Assembly (NCBI RefSeq): GCF_001194135.2 | Contig: NC_069002.1 | Location: 26,559,460 to 26,623,459 of the forward strand | Direction: 5' to 3' | DNA length: 64,000 nucleotides | From: Octopus bimaculoides | Taxonomy: Eukaryota | In this document: positions 1 through 12,484 of the stretch, one piece after another | How positions within the stretch are numbered: position 1 is the first letter of the stretch | Layout of the letters: every line of letters starts with the position of its first letter | Translations under genes and position numbers: made by a program | Notes under the pieces: model-generated | Seen by the model: only the letters and a program-made list of their open reading frames with translations | Told to the model about the DNA's origin: nothing | Databases searched by the model: none

Positions 1-29
1 TAGGCCCCACCGCTAGGTCATGCGCTGTT

Positions 30-192
30 TATCTTGATATGAGATTACCATATCATCACGCACATATGGCTATGATGCATGTGCCTGGTGTACCTTTCTC
101 AGACAGGTAGTCAATATGGGAGATACTGGGCTTTGTATATTTGTACCCCAGTATCTCTTTGATGGCATGCACTGCTCTCTCACTCAATAATG

Positions 193-227
<35 letters not shown>
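30..227 (+). mobile_element. 3' part of an interspersed repeat ending in an (AAT)n tail
   Basis: cacgcacatatggctatgatgcatgtgcc...tgcactgctctctcactcaataat recurs with high similarity at ~52040-52205. Confidence 0.6.
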
Positions 228-228
228 T

Positions 229-1083
229 TCACATTTTGGCACAAGGCCAGCAATTTTGTGGGAGGGGATAAGTCAATTATATCAATCCCAGTGCTCATCA
301 ACCCCAAAATGATGAAAGGCAAAGTCGACCTTGGCAAAATTTGAACTCAGAATGTATAAAGACATATGAAATGCCACGCAGCATTTTGCCCGGCATGCTA
401 ACGATTCTACCAGCTCACCTCCTTAATCAGAATAATGATCTTTTCTACAATAGACACAAGGCCTGGAATTTGGTCGGGAGAGGACTGGTTTATTACATCA
501 ACCCCAAAAGGATGAAAGGCAAAGTCAACCTCGGTGGAATTTGAACTCTGAACATAGCAATTGGTGAAATACCACTAAGCATTTTTGCCCAGCATGCTAA
601 CGATTCTGCCAGCTCACCAGTTTGATAATAATAATAATAATAATCCTTTCTACTATAGGCACAAGGCCTGAAATTTGCAGGGAGGGGTTGAGTCGATTTC
701 ATTGACCCCAGTACTCAACTGGTACTTAATTTATCGTTCCCAAAAGGATGAGAGGCAAAGTCAACTTCAGTGGAATTTGAACTCACAACGTAACGAAGGG
801 CGAAATGATGCTAACGATCATGGTAGCAATAATGATAATAATATTAATAATAATAATAATGATAATAAGGATTTCAAATTTTTGCCACAAGAGAAGATTG
901 AGGGAGGGGATTATGTCGATAACATTGACCCTAGTGTGTAACTGGTACTTATTTGATCAACCCCAAAAGGATGAAAGGCAAAGTCGACCTCGGTGGAATT
1001 TGAACTCGGAATGCAAAGACACATGAAATGCCTCTAAGCATTTTGCTCGGCACAGTAACAATTTCTACCAGCTCACCACCTTG
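229..1083 (-). mobile_element. Head-to-tail array of four tRNA-SINE copies (family B), each separated by an (AAT)n tract
   Basis: Four copies (~229-427, 438-620, 643-820, 870-1083) share ggatgaaaggcaaagtcgacctcggtggaatttgaactc; on the minus strand the heads carry A-box-like (tggcagaa) and B-box-like (gagttcaaattcc) motifs. Confidence 0.85.
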
Positions 1084-1119
1084 ATGACAATAATAACAAT
1101 AATAATAATAATGATGATG

Positions 1120-1177
<58 letters not shown>

Positions 1178-1433
1178 TAATAATGTGATAACAATGATGG
1201 TAGCAATAATAATGATAAAGAGAATAATGATGATGATGAGGATGGTGATGATGGTGGTGATAGTGCTTCCTTTTAGAAATGTTGGATTAGCAAGGTTATC
1301 GGCTGAGCTTAAAGGCAAGACAAATAAATTGAAATGTAAGACGAGCATGGCTTTGGTTTAACTTCATTATCATTTTAAATATAGAAGCAATTTGCAAGTG
1401 CAATCATCTGTGTAAAATCCTTTGTTCCAATTA

Positions 1434-1466
1434 CCACCACCACCACCACCACCACCCCACATTTTG

Positions 1467-1507
<41 letters not shown>

Positions 1508-1742
1508 GCGCAGATACACATGTGCACACACACACACACACACCTGGTGTGGAGTTGGAAAGTGTAAGTTAGTCATATGTATGTTTGTACATATGTGCAT
1601 GTGTGTGTGTGTGTGTGTGCATATGTGTGTGTACATGTGTGCGTGTACGTATGTGTGTGTGTGTGTGTGCATGTACGTGTGTGTGTGTGTGTGCATATGT
1701 GTGTGTACATGTGTGCGTGTACGTATGTGTGTGTGTGCATGT

Positions 1743-1782
<40 letters not shown>

Positions 1783-1790
1783 TTGACAGG
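1434..1790. repeat. Compound (CCA)n/(CA)n/(TG)n microsatellite with an internally duplicated block of about 75 bp
   Basis: Direct reading; source of the HT/CV-rich spurious ORFs. Confidence 0.9.
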
Positions 1791-2769
1791 AATGGTGAAG
1801 AAGTCGCATGCATACATGAACAACCGTTATGATGAAAAGGAAGAATAGAAGAAGAATGGCAGAGGGCAGAGAATGAGTAGCAGAATTGGTTGAATGCCAG
1901 ACTAAGATACCTTGCAGTATTTAGTTACAGAACTTTACGTTCTGAGTTCAAATCCTTGCCAAAGTTCACTTCACCTCTTGTCTTTCCTTAATTGGTGCAG
2001 CAAGTGAATGCCGTGTACCAATCTAGCATGAGGTTGCTCTCGCTCCTAAAATGCCTGGCTTTGTTAGGGGTCCCTACCACCACCACCACCACCACCACCA
2101 CCACTGATACTACCACAACTTCCGTTGCTCCTGCTGTTCCCACAATTTTTTTTTTTTTTTGACCTTGAATGGATGAAATGTAAAATTGATTTTGGTGAGA
2201 TTTGAACTCGGAATGTAAAGAACCAGAAAAAATACTTGCAAGACATTTTTCTCTGATTCTCCGATGATTCTGCAAAATCCTTTGAATTCCATTCTCCTTA
2301 ATTTCTTACAAGAGAATCACAATCGGAAATTTAGGGTAGGGTTGTGGGTGGGGGTGTTTAGAATGATCGTATTGACCCAGTATTTAACTGGTACTATATT
2401 TTGTAGACCCCTAGAAGGACGAATAGCAATGTAGTAGTGGTCGTGGGTGGTGGAACTGCAGCTATTGGGGGCAATGGTGGTGGTGGTGGTGGATATTAAA
2501 CAATAGTGAATTCTGTACAAAGAATATATGTATGGTTGTATATGTGTGTTTATATATATATATATGTATGTATATATGTATGTATGTATGTATAAGTATA
2601 CATATTTCCATGTATATACACACACACATATATATACATATATGTGTGTGTATATATATATATATGCATATATATTATATATGCATATACATTCATACGT
2701 GCATACATATATATACACACACACACACACACACAAACACACATATACAACCACACATATATTTTTTGT

Positions 2770-2985
2770 TTTTATTCTTTTACTTGTTTCAGTCATTTTG
2801 ACTGTGGCCATGCTGAACTACCTTTAATTGAACAAATCGACCCCAGGAATTATTCTTTATAAGCCTAGTACTTATTTTATCGGCGTCTTTTGCCGAACTG
2901 CTAAGTTACATGGATGTAAACACACCAGCATCAGTTATCAAGCGATGGTTGGGGGACAAACACTGACACACAAATACATACAAAG
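2770..2985 (-). mobile_element. SINE family A, 3' half
   Basis: Reverse complement of the 3' half of the full copy at 27923-28323; a matching 5' half lies at ~3447-3530. Confidence 0.8.
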
Positions 2986-3819
2986 AAGCCAACACCATTT
3001 TGAAACAGTGAGACCTCGCCTGCAATCTTTGCCATACATGAGACAAAAACAAGATCTCACCTGCAACCATCATTTAAGGAAAAGACAACAACATTTTCCC
3101 TCTCATTCTTCTCACGCTGATGCCAAGCAAGACTTTGAAGCCAGGAGTTCACAGCAGACTTTTGTTCCACTGTGATACAGCATGGAGGTTATTAAACCCT
3201 CATGTGTATGGAAGAGAAGGCTAACTACGCACTGCTGTGAAGAGGGTTACTGAAAGCAAACCACTTGTACAAAGCACCAGTGAATAAACGGTTATTGAAT
3301 TTACTCCGCCTGAGAACTTCATTCTTCATATTTCCAGCTCCTTGAATCAACAGAATAATTATAACGGAAGGAGAAGATAGCCCAAAAGTATCATAAAAAC
3401 CTTCCTTCCATTATAAAACGGTGACCCCGATGTAATTCGAACACGCAGCCAAGGTTCCACGCCATGGGACTGAACCCAGAATCATGTGGTTGGTAAGCAA
3501 GCTTCGTCCCACACAGTCACTCCTGCGCCTACATGTATACAATATATGTAGGTGTGTATACATATTCATTGGAATGTAGCAAATTTACAGTCAGCTGTTA
3601 AAAAAAAAAGTTACTCCAGATTTCTGTCCACATTTCAACACCACCACACTAAAATAATTACATTTCACACCATGGAGCTGCACATGTTGCAGCAATAATC
3701 ATGTAATGAGACTTGAGTTGCTTCTCACACTCATTCTAATTTTATAATAATTAACACAAGAAAGGTACTTGTTTTTTTTTATATTTATATGTTTGTGCAA
3801 CAATGTTTTTATGCATCTG

Positions 3820-4344
3820 TTTCTATCTATCTATCTTTCTGTTCATCTATTTTATCTATCCATCTATCAGTTTCTCTGCCTATCTTTCCTTCTTTCTTTC
3901 CATCCATCCATCCATCCATCTATCTATCTACATCTATATATCTCTCCATCTATTCACCCTGCCATCAATCTGTATGCTTTTGTGTGTGTGTGTGTGTGTG
4001 TGCGTGTGAATATGTGAACAAACAAAAATAGGAATCAATACATTTAGTTGAAGGTGTACTTAATTAACAAGTTGACTCAGCACTTACCTATATTGGATCA
4101 CACACACACACACACAAATAGATAGATAGATATAGACAGACAGACAGACAGACGGACAGATAGATAGGGAGAGAGATAGAGATATAGGTAGATAGATAGA
4201 TTGAGAGATAGATAAATGAATAGATAGATAGATAGATAGATAGTTAGACAGAGTAGGTAAGTAGAGAGATAGATAGAGGCAGACAGACAGACAGAGACAG
4301 AAAGATAGGTACACAGATAGAGAGTAAAACAGATATAAATGTAG

Positions 4345-4397
<53 letters not shown>

Positions 4398-4410
4398 CAC
4401 ACATACATGA
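3820..4410. repeat. (TATC/CATC)n, (TG)n, (GATA/GACA)n and (CA)n microsatellites
   Basis: Direct reading. Confidence 0.9.
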
Positions 4411-4690
4411 TAATTGCTCCATCTTCACAGATTATTACTGTCTCCTTGTGCTTCCTTGTTGTCAATGACATTTCTGATTTTGCGTCTTTCTGCCCATGAC
4501 CTTTCAGTTGACTATTCAGTCCCGCTGCAGTTCTGCTTGGTCTATAAAGCATAGGTGACACACAAAAGTTGTAATTCACTGTGCATTTCCAACAGATTAG
4601 GTCTGTCCACGTTGCTACTCTTCCATTGTCGTAGGACTTTCTGTAGGTGGAGTGACAAATGAGGTCACCATAAAGAGACATCCATCTGTA

Positions 4691-4924
4691 TTATTTCTTT
4701 ACTACCCACAAGGGGCTACACACAGAGGGGACAAACAAGGACAGACAAACGGATTAAGTCGATTATATTGACCCCAGTGCGTAATTGGTACTTATTTAAT
4801 CGACCCCGAAAGGATGAAAGGCAGAGTCGACCTTGGCGGAATTTGAACTCAGAACATAGCGGCAGACGAAATACCGCTAAGCATTTCGCCCAGCGTGCTA
4901 ACGTTTCTGCCAGCTCGCCACCTT
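4691..4924 (-). mobile_element. Full-length young SINE family B copy with a short TSD
   Basis: CpG-rich copy; tctgtat at 4685-4691 and 4924-4930 flanks the element. Confidence 0.85.
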
Positions 4925-5514
4925 CTGTATGTCATCTGTATGTCATTAGATTATAGTGATAAACACTTGTAGAATATGAGTACCACTCTTGGAGTTTCTG
5001 TAATCAGTACGTAGTGACCGGCCAAAGTGAGATGACCAGTGACCTTGTGAAACCACAGGTTTTACATTAGCGTGCCCTTTTCCAAGAAGGATGTTGTGAC
5101 AACAGCAATGGGTCCCTCACTCCCAGTGGTTCTTCTGTATGCCCTGACACCAAGTTAGGAGATTTCTTTGTTCCTGTGTTCTGACGGATTGTCATCATCA
5201 TCATCTTCATCATCATCATTTAATGTCCGTGTTCCATGCTAGGATGGGTGGAATGGTTCCACAAGAGTCAACCAGGCAAAAGCCTGCACCAGACTTCTGT
5301 GACTGTTTTGGCAGGATTTTTACAGCTGGATACCCTTCCTAACACAACCCACTCAGCAGAGTGGACTGTGAAACAGCTGTAACCTATGAAAGTTACATGG
5401 TTAAATAATTATTTATTCACTTCTCAAACTTCCTAACTCAATGGTTCTTTATATATATATATATACTAACAAATACCCCCCCATCCATTGGACAGTGTAA
5501 GTTAATGATAGGAC

Positions 5515-5762
5515 TGGAGTCTAAAATAGTGTAATTCTGCTTCTGTCTGTGATGCTGTAGCGACTGCAGTAGAAATACCATTGCAAGCATGCCGGGGTTC
5601 TGGTTGTTGAGCAGTCTGTGATGCTCTGGCAATCAAAGTAGAAGCAGCATTGTGAGCACGTCAAAACACACATTGTTCTTCTGTCTCGCTTACCACCGAG
5701 GAATGCAAAATGGAAGCATTTTGTGTTTTTCTGCCAATATGGCTCTTGCTTTTTTGGGGCAT
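5515..5762 (-). pseudogene. Decayed Helitron-like Rep/Hel N-terminal ORF
   Basis: Translates MPQKSKSHIGRKTQNASILHSSVVSETEEQCVF*RAHNAASTLIARASQTAQQPEPRHACNGISTAVATASQTEAE. The basic MP..K..IGRKT start and repeated ASQT/SETEEQ motifs resemble invertebrate Helitron ORF starts (recognition only). In-frame TGA at 5661-5663. Confidence 0.55.
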
Positions 5763-7250
5763 CCTATCAAAAATCTGTAATAGAATGAATCTTTAAAAAA
5801 AATTAATTAAATTTACCTCATTGCTGTTTGTAAGCTCTAAGTATGGCATTTCAACACAAAAAATTCCCACAACGCTAAAGCACACAATTATTTGTAGTGG
5901 TATTGTAAGCACCAAATGGCACATGGATGCAGACAGTTGTGAATGAGCATTCACATCTATAAGCACATGTGGACAGAACATATTTTGAGAAAATCGATAT
6001 TCTATCGACCAGAAGTGCAATTGTGATAAAATGTAAACGATCAATGCAAACACCAGTGCACTGACAGGTAGCTGAAGGTAAAGGGTATTTCTAAGAAATA
6101 TCACACCTAAGTGCAAAATTTAAATAAAAAGAATGTGCAAATCAAAAACGGTTTCTAGGACTTCTCAGAAAATGAAAAACAGCCAAAACCGGGCTTCTTT
6201 GGGAAAAAAGGATGTTAGCATTAAAATTACCTTATATTAATTTGGAAGTAATGAAAATTCTTTATGAATAAAGCTGTTTAAGTCCATGTAAATGGAAAAC
6301 TTCAAATGGGATATAGGGTTCGGTAATGTGCGATGTTGACCGATAAATTAGCAAATGTTGTGGATGAATAAGCGACCAGAACCGACCGAATAGTGCTTTT
6401 TTTTAGAATGTAACCAATGAATTTGATCTGTAAAATTCGTAAAAATGATTTGATGAATTTGACAAAATATCATTCAGTTATGTTTACTGATATAAAATAA
6501 CTCATAATTTGAAATGTTGATACTAATATTCCTTCTTCATGAAATGGAATTAAAGAATAAACAATGGGTATGTACATGTCAAATTGAGTGAGTCATGCAA
6601 AAGTAAAAAAATACCGCTCATTTTTTGTTTTATATAAGAAACTGTTAGCTAAAGTTTTAGATATTTGTCACCCAAATTTTCACATTCAATTACCAACTAA
6701 TTTGTCGTATTCTACTGTCAATTGAATTTTGTTGTGAGAAAATATTCACTCAGTTGATTGATCACCAATTAGTGCCATTTATTCATTAAAGTTAATATCT
6801 TATTTCATTTTTACTTATTCAAAATAATTGCCTCATCTTCTTACTCTTTTGTGTCAGCTTATTTATTAAATGCCAGGATGTACGTGTTCGAGTACAGTTC
6901 ATTCTAGAATGATATCAATTTTTACTGCAGTCACATATGTTCTTTCATGAAATTGCTTAGAAAGCTTAATGCAATTAATGCTCTGATGCTGATTGGATGA
7001 ACATAGTAGCTGTTCGAATGGGATTTGTGGAATGATAGCCAATAAGCATTATTGAAATCAGATTTTCCATCAAGGTTTTGATTAAAAAAAGGCATATCTC
7101 AATTTGAAACTAACGATTATGTTATGAAATGTAACTGATGCACCCACTGTGACGTCTTTTACCTATGTGTAAAATTTCAGTGTGATCAGTTGAAAAATAT
7201 GGCCGTTATAATCTTTTACACACATGCAAGAACAGGATTTATATATTATA
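5763..7250 (-). mobile_element. Probable 5' non-coding part of the same Helitron-like element
   Basis: Microsatellite-free AT-rich block upstream of the ORF. At ~7250 the minus strand begins ...aatatataaatcctgttcttgcatgtgtg...caactgatcacactgaaattttacaca, similar to Helitron 5' termini. The terminal TC is not resolvable within the (TA)n. Confidence 0.35.
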
Positions 7251-7267
7251 TATATATATATATATGT

Positions 7268-7427
7268 GACAGGCTTCTTTCAGTTTCTATCTACCAAATC
7301 CACTCACAGGGCTTTGGTCAGCCCAAGGCTAGAGAAGAAGACACTTGCCCAAGGCGCCACACAGTAGGACTGAACCTGGAACCATGTGGTTGGGAAGCAA
7401 GCTTCTTACCACACAGCCACGCCTGTA
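7268..7427 (-). mobile_element. SINE family A, 5' (tRNA-like) half
   Basis: Reverse complement reads aggcgtggctgtgtggtaagaagcttgcttcccaaccacatggttccaggttcagtcc...ccttgggcaagtgtc. Confidence 0.85.
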
Positions 7428-8485
7428 TATAAATTTTTTTTTTTTATTAAACTAAATTTAGATAATTTAATAATTATATATATAACACGAACGTGTATGA
7501 TACATAAATTGTACAAAACCTCATTAAAATCCAAATCCGAAGCTGAAGAAAACAGAACATAAGTGAAGGAAGAAAATAAAAAGGAAGAAAAAGGAGAAAA
7601 AAGGGGGGAAAAGAAAGAAAAACTGTCAATTCAACACTAAGTGCTTCAATTGGTCACACATCACAAGGTTCAATGGCACAATATTGACTTGTAAACCTTT
7701 AATATATATGATCGTATATTATGGTTCTAAAGCAAAATAGTGTGTTCTCGATAGCAATTAATATACACACACACACATGTATATTGTGTGTGTGTGAGTG
7801 AGAGAGAGAGAGAGAGAGAGAGTGTGTGTATGGGAGAGCAAGTGTGAGAGAAAGGGATGATATGGTGAAGAATACCTTCCTTTCATTTGTTGTTGGTTTT
7901 GTGTTGTAAAAATTAACATCAAAGACAGGGAAGCATATTTCATCTAAATATTTCTGTTTAAAGCAGAAATGCTAATTTAAGATATTGATAAAAGAGTTAC
8001 GTTGAGTGCTTTGCCTCCGTTTAACTTAGAACACATAACAACATTTTTGTCTTTTATCGCTTAGTTTTGAATGGTGTCGTAAACTAGCAGCATGTCATTG
8101 TATATTGGAGAAATACACAAGAGGAGAAAGTGTGTAAATCCTTGCATGCTTTTAGCTATTAAAAGGTTTGAAAATATTTATTTTTTACGTATCTTCATAT
8201 AAAAATAGATTTGCTGCCAGTTCATGAAATATTGTCCATACAACTCTGAGTCTAAAACTCCCTCTAGTGTTGACAATTTAAACACCACCAGAAAGGGAGA
8301 TAATTCCATTTAGATTGCTTCAGTTAGTACAAGCATGGCTGTATGGTTAAGAAGTTTGCTTTGCAGCCGTGTGGTTTCGGGTTCAGCCCTTCTTAAGTGT
8401 CTTCTACTATACCTTTGGGCTGACCAATGCCTCGTGAGGAATTTGGTTGGAAACTGTGCAGAAGCCTGTCATGTGTATATAACTG

Positions 8486-8730
8486 GCATTCTGTTGGATA
8501 TGACGACGAGGGTTCAAGTTGATCTGATCACCAGAGCAGCATCCTCGTGAAATTAACATACATGTGGCTGAGTACTCCACAGCCACATGTACCCTTAAAG
8601 TAGTTCTCAGGGAGATTCAGCAAGACACAGAGCGTGACAAGGCTGGTCCCTTTGAATTGCACACATGACTCATTTTTGCCAGCTGAGGAGACTGGAGCAA
8701 CATGAAATACCCTAAACACTAAGCCATGCA
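8486..8730 (-). mobile_element. SINE sharing the family C 3' body but with a different head
   Basis: The body matches 38800-38980; the 5' part matches the ctcagctggcaaaaatgag-type head. A similar copy lies at ~10005-10242. Confidence 0.7.
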
Positions 8731-9028
8731 CCATCATGATGTGTGTGGTGGGGTGTCCATTTATGTTTGTGTCTTGCCACTTAGCAAGTGGTGTAGGTTT
8801 CTTTACATCCCTATAACTTAGCAGTTAAGCACGAAGACATTTGATACAGTAAGTATGAGACTTTAAAATAATTACTAGGCTTGATTTAATCCATGGATAC
8901 CCTTCGAAACAATATTCCAGCATGGGCACAGTCCAGTGACCAAACTAGGTCAAAGAATAAAAGAATGGAATTTTCAGAGAATGCAATATTCTCATATTTC
9001 GGAATGATAATTTTTTTTTTTTTTTACC

Positions 9029-9331
9029 TTCTTGCCAAATAGACACACACACTGTATATTTGTTCTTCACTTATTTATTTTTATGCTTATTTTTTCTTCT
9101 GTCCATGGTCTGGAAATCTTTCATCGCACACTTGTGACCTCTTCAGCGACTCTTCCATCCATGTGTTTCCTCCTGTTCTATTCAGTCCATTCTCTGAGAA
9201 TGGAAGAGTCACTGAAGAGGTCACAAATGTGTGACGAAAGATTTCCACTCATTGGACATAAGATATAATAAGTACAATAATAAACCAGTGAAGAACAAAT
9301 ATACAGTGTGTGTGTGTTTATTTAGCAAGAA
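9029..9331. repeat. Imperfect inverted repeat (~130-bp arms, 41-nt spacer) with a hammerhead-like motif in each arm
   Basis: ttcttgccaaatagacacacacactgtatatttgttcttcact pairs with agtgaagaacaaatatacagtgtgtgtgtgtttatttagcaagaa; the inner ends gactcttccat (9148-9158) and atggaagagtc (9200-9210) also pair. Confidence 0.9.
9206..9250 (+). ncRNA. Minimal type-I hammerhead-like motif, partly decayed
   Basis: gagtca CTGAAGA g gtcac aaatgt gtgac GAAA gatt TC cactc. Confidence 0.55.
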
Positions 9332-10568
9332 AAAAATGACCGTCCCAAAGTATAACAATATCTGTTTCAACACACGAAGTTACATCAGGAATCTTTACAA
9401 AACAAATCCATAAGCATAACAATNNNNNNNNNNNNNNNNNNNNNNNNNNNNNNNNNNNNNNNNNNNNNNNNNNNNNNNNNNNNNNNNNNNNNNNNNNNNN
9501 NNNNNNNNNNNNNNNNNNNNNNNNNNNNNNNNNNNNNNNNNNNNNNNNNNNNNNNNNNNNNNNNNNNNNNNNNNNNNNNNNNNNNNNNNNNNNNNNNNNN
9601 NNNNNNNNNNNNNNNNNNNNNNNNNNNNNNNNNNNNNNNNNNNNNNNNNNNNNNNNNNNNNNNNNNNNNNNNNNNNNNNNNNNNNNNNNNNNNNNNNNNN
9701 NNNNNNNNNNNNNNNNNNNNNNNNNNNNNNNNNNNNNNNNNNNNNNTTTTTTTTTTTTTTTTTTTTTTTTTGTGATGGACAATTAATTACGGGTATTGAA
9801 AAAAAAAATGCTTTGATCTGGAGTCATGTGTTGAAACTGAAGCACCTGCAGCATGGGAAACATGAGTTAGCCATTCAGAACCACAGAAAGAAGACTGTCA
9901 ACTTCACTTCAACATTCATCTTCATACAATGGATGCAGTGTCGAAATTTCCATTGCTCAAAACTGCAACCTGGTCACTGACAAAAAAAATGAAATGCTGC
10001 AAAATTCATGTGACTGAGTATTCCACAGACATGTGTACCCTTAATGTACTTCTCAGGGAGATTCAGCATGAAACAGAATGTGACAAGGCTGGTCCTTTCA
10101 AATACAGGTGCAACGCATTTTTTGCCATAAGATTGGACTGGAACATGAAATAAAGTTTGTTGCTCAAGGACAGAACTCTCTGCCAGGAATTGAACTCATG
10201 ACCTCACGACTGTGATCCAAATACCCTAACCACTAAGCCAAACACACACACACACTGGGTTGTCTCTTTCACTGTATGAGATGAAGTCATACAAGCATGA
10301 CAAGCATGATGCCCCAAAACTTTTATAAGTTCATTCACTCTGCTAACAATAGAAACCAAATCACTTTTAGTGATACTTATCATCTTAAACAGGAAAAACC
10401 GAACGTTGGGTCTTGTCGGCCTAGATGTAGTGTGTCTGGATGAAAAGGTGGGAATGCTTAAGGTTGAAATTGTTAAGAGCAGCCTGATCAGGGTTGGCCC
10501 TGGGGGCCAAGGAAGAACAACAAATAATACAAATACGAGGCATGAAACCTGAACTGCAAAGCTCCACT

Positions 10569-10737
10569 ATTTGACCGTGGCCATGCTGGAGCACCGCCTT
10601 TTAGTCGAACAAATCGACTCTAGGACTTATTCTTTGTTAGCCTCGTACTTATTCTATCGGTCTCTTTTGCCGAACTGCTAGGTTACAGGGACGTAAACAC
10701 ACCAGCATCAGTTGTCAAGCGATGTTGTGGGGAACAA

Positions 10738-10802
<65 letters not shown>

Positions 10803-10965
10803 CAACGGGCTTGTTTCAGTTTCCGTCTACCAAATCCACTCACAAGGCTTTGGTCGGCCCAAGGCTATAGTAGAAGACACTTGCCCGAGGTGCCACGCAG
10901 TTGGACTGAAGCAGAAACATGTGGTTAGTAAACAAGCCAATTACCACACAGCCACTCCTACGTCT
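10569..10965 (-). mobile_element. Full-length SINE family A with internal (CA)n(TA)n
   Basis: Reverse complement of 27923-28323 over its whole length. Confidence 0.9.
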
Positions 10966-11464
10966 ATGTTTATTATTAGTTATTGACTCACAACAAACAA
11001 CCAAACAAACAAACAAAGCGGTTTTTACAAAGAGTTAGTTGTATTGTTTGTAAATATTAGTGCAAGTGTGGTTGTGTGGTAAGAAGCTTGTTTCCTCATC
11101 ATGCAGACTTGAGTTCAGTTGCATTGCATAGTACCTTTGGCATTGTCTTCTTCTTTTGCCCCAGGTTAAACATAGCCTTGTGAGAGGATTTCGTAAACAG
11201 AAAAATGAATCAGGTCAGCCACATACACACACACACACACACACATATATATATCACGTGATAATGTGACCGATCAGGCTATCAGATGTTGTTGCACATC
11301 TCTGGTTACAATATAGTTTGCATTGTTTTAGCCTTCAAATGACGCCCCCACCCTGTTGACTAGGCAAGCAGACCAGCATTCCCCCATGATGGAAAGGTGG
11401 CCTGGAGCAATGTGCAAGGAAGTGTTTTGCTCACGAACACAATGTGCCACTTATTCAAGGAATC

Positions 11465-11790
11465 GATTGCCAAGCAATGGTAGGGAGACAAACACAGACA
11501 CACACACACACACACATATATATGACAGGCGTCTTTCAGTTTCCATCTACCGAATCCACTCACAAAGGTTTGATTGGCCCGAGGCTATAGTAGAAGGCAC
11601 TGGCCCAAGGTGCCACAGGCGCAGGAGTAGCTGTGTGGTAAGTAGCTTGATTACCAACCACATGGTTCCAGGTTCATTCCCGCTGTGTGGCACCTTTGGA
11701 AAGTGTCTTCTACTTTAGCCTCGGGCTGACCAAAGCCTTGTGAGTGGATTTGGTTGACAGTAACTGAAAGAAGCCCGTCATATATATTTA
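11465..11790. mobile_element. Two family A SINE 5' halves in inverted orientation
   Basis: 11518-11615 is the reverse complement of ~11686-11785. Confidence 0.8.
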
Positions 11791-12448
11791 TATATATATA
11801 CATACATATATATNNNNNNNNNNNNNNNNNNNNNNNNNNNNNNNNNNNNNNNNNNNNNNNNNNNNNNNNNNNNNNNNNNNNNNNNNNNNNNNNNNNNNNN
11901 NNNNNNNNNNNNNNNNNNNNNNNNNNNNNNNNNNNNNNNNNNNNNNNNNNNNNNNNNNNNNNNNNNNNNNNNNNNNNNNNNNNNNNNNNNNNNNNNNNNN
12001 NNNNNNNNNNNNNNNNNNNNNNNNNNNNNNNNNNNNNNNNNNNNNNNNNNNNNNNNNNNNNNNNNNNNNNNNNNNNNNNNNNNNNNNNNNNNNNNNNNNN
12101 NNNNNNNNNNNNNNNNNNNNNNNNNNNNNNNNNNNNNNNNNNNNNNNNNNNNNNNNNNNNNNNNNATGCATGTCTGTTTGGTGATGCAAATTGGAAAATA
12201 GAACTGAAAGCAAATATAGATATTCATTCTTTATTCATAATCAACCGAAGTTCCAGACTGACTCGAGGGCCAACAGTTTCGTTTGTCACAATTTATGTTC
12301 CTAACACTAGCTGAATGATAACTAAGTTATTTTACTAAATTCTTTGTTATATTTAAAATTAATTGAAAGAAACACAGAACATCTCAACAGAAATACAGTA
12401 AGAAAAGGATTAAACAAATAATTCAGATAAGTGCCAATTGCTAATAAA

Positions 12449-12484
<36 letters not shown>

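Noticed and set aside
1073-1848. Long ORFs rich in HT/CV, poly-L or poly-Y here and throughout (e.g. 15733-16269, 40661-41269, 59419-60312)
   Set aside because: They are translations of di-, tri- and tetranucleotide repeats, open in several frames and on both strands.
2995-3240. Frame NSETSPAIFAIHETKTRS... resembling a LINE AP-endonuclease start, and an alternative minus-strand exon ending CAG|GTGAGA
   Set aside because: Both readings are short, mutually exclusive and interrupted by stops; insufficient to call.
4420-4681. ~90-codon open frame on the minus strand (MSLYGDLICHSTYRK...)
   Set aside because: No recognisable motif, no convincing splice pair, and its length is extended by microsatellite.
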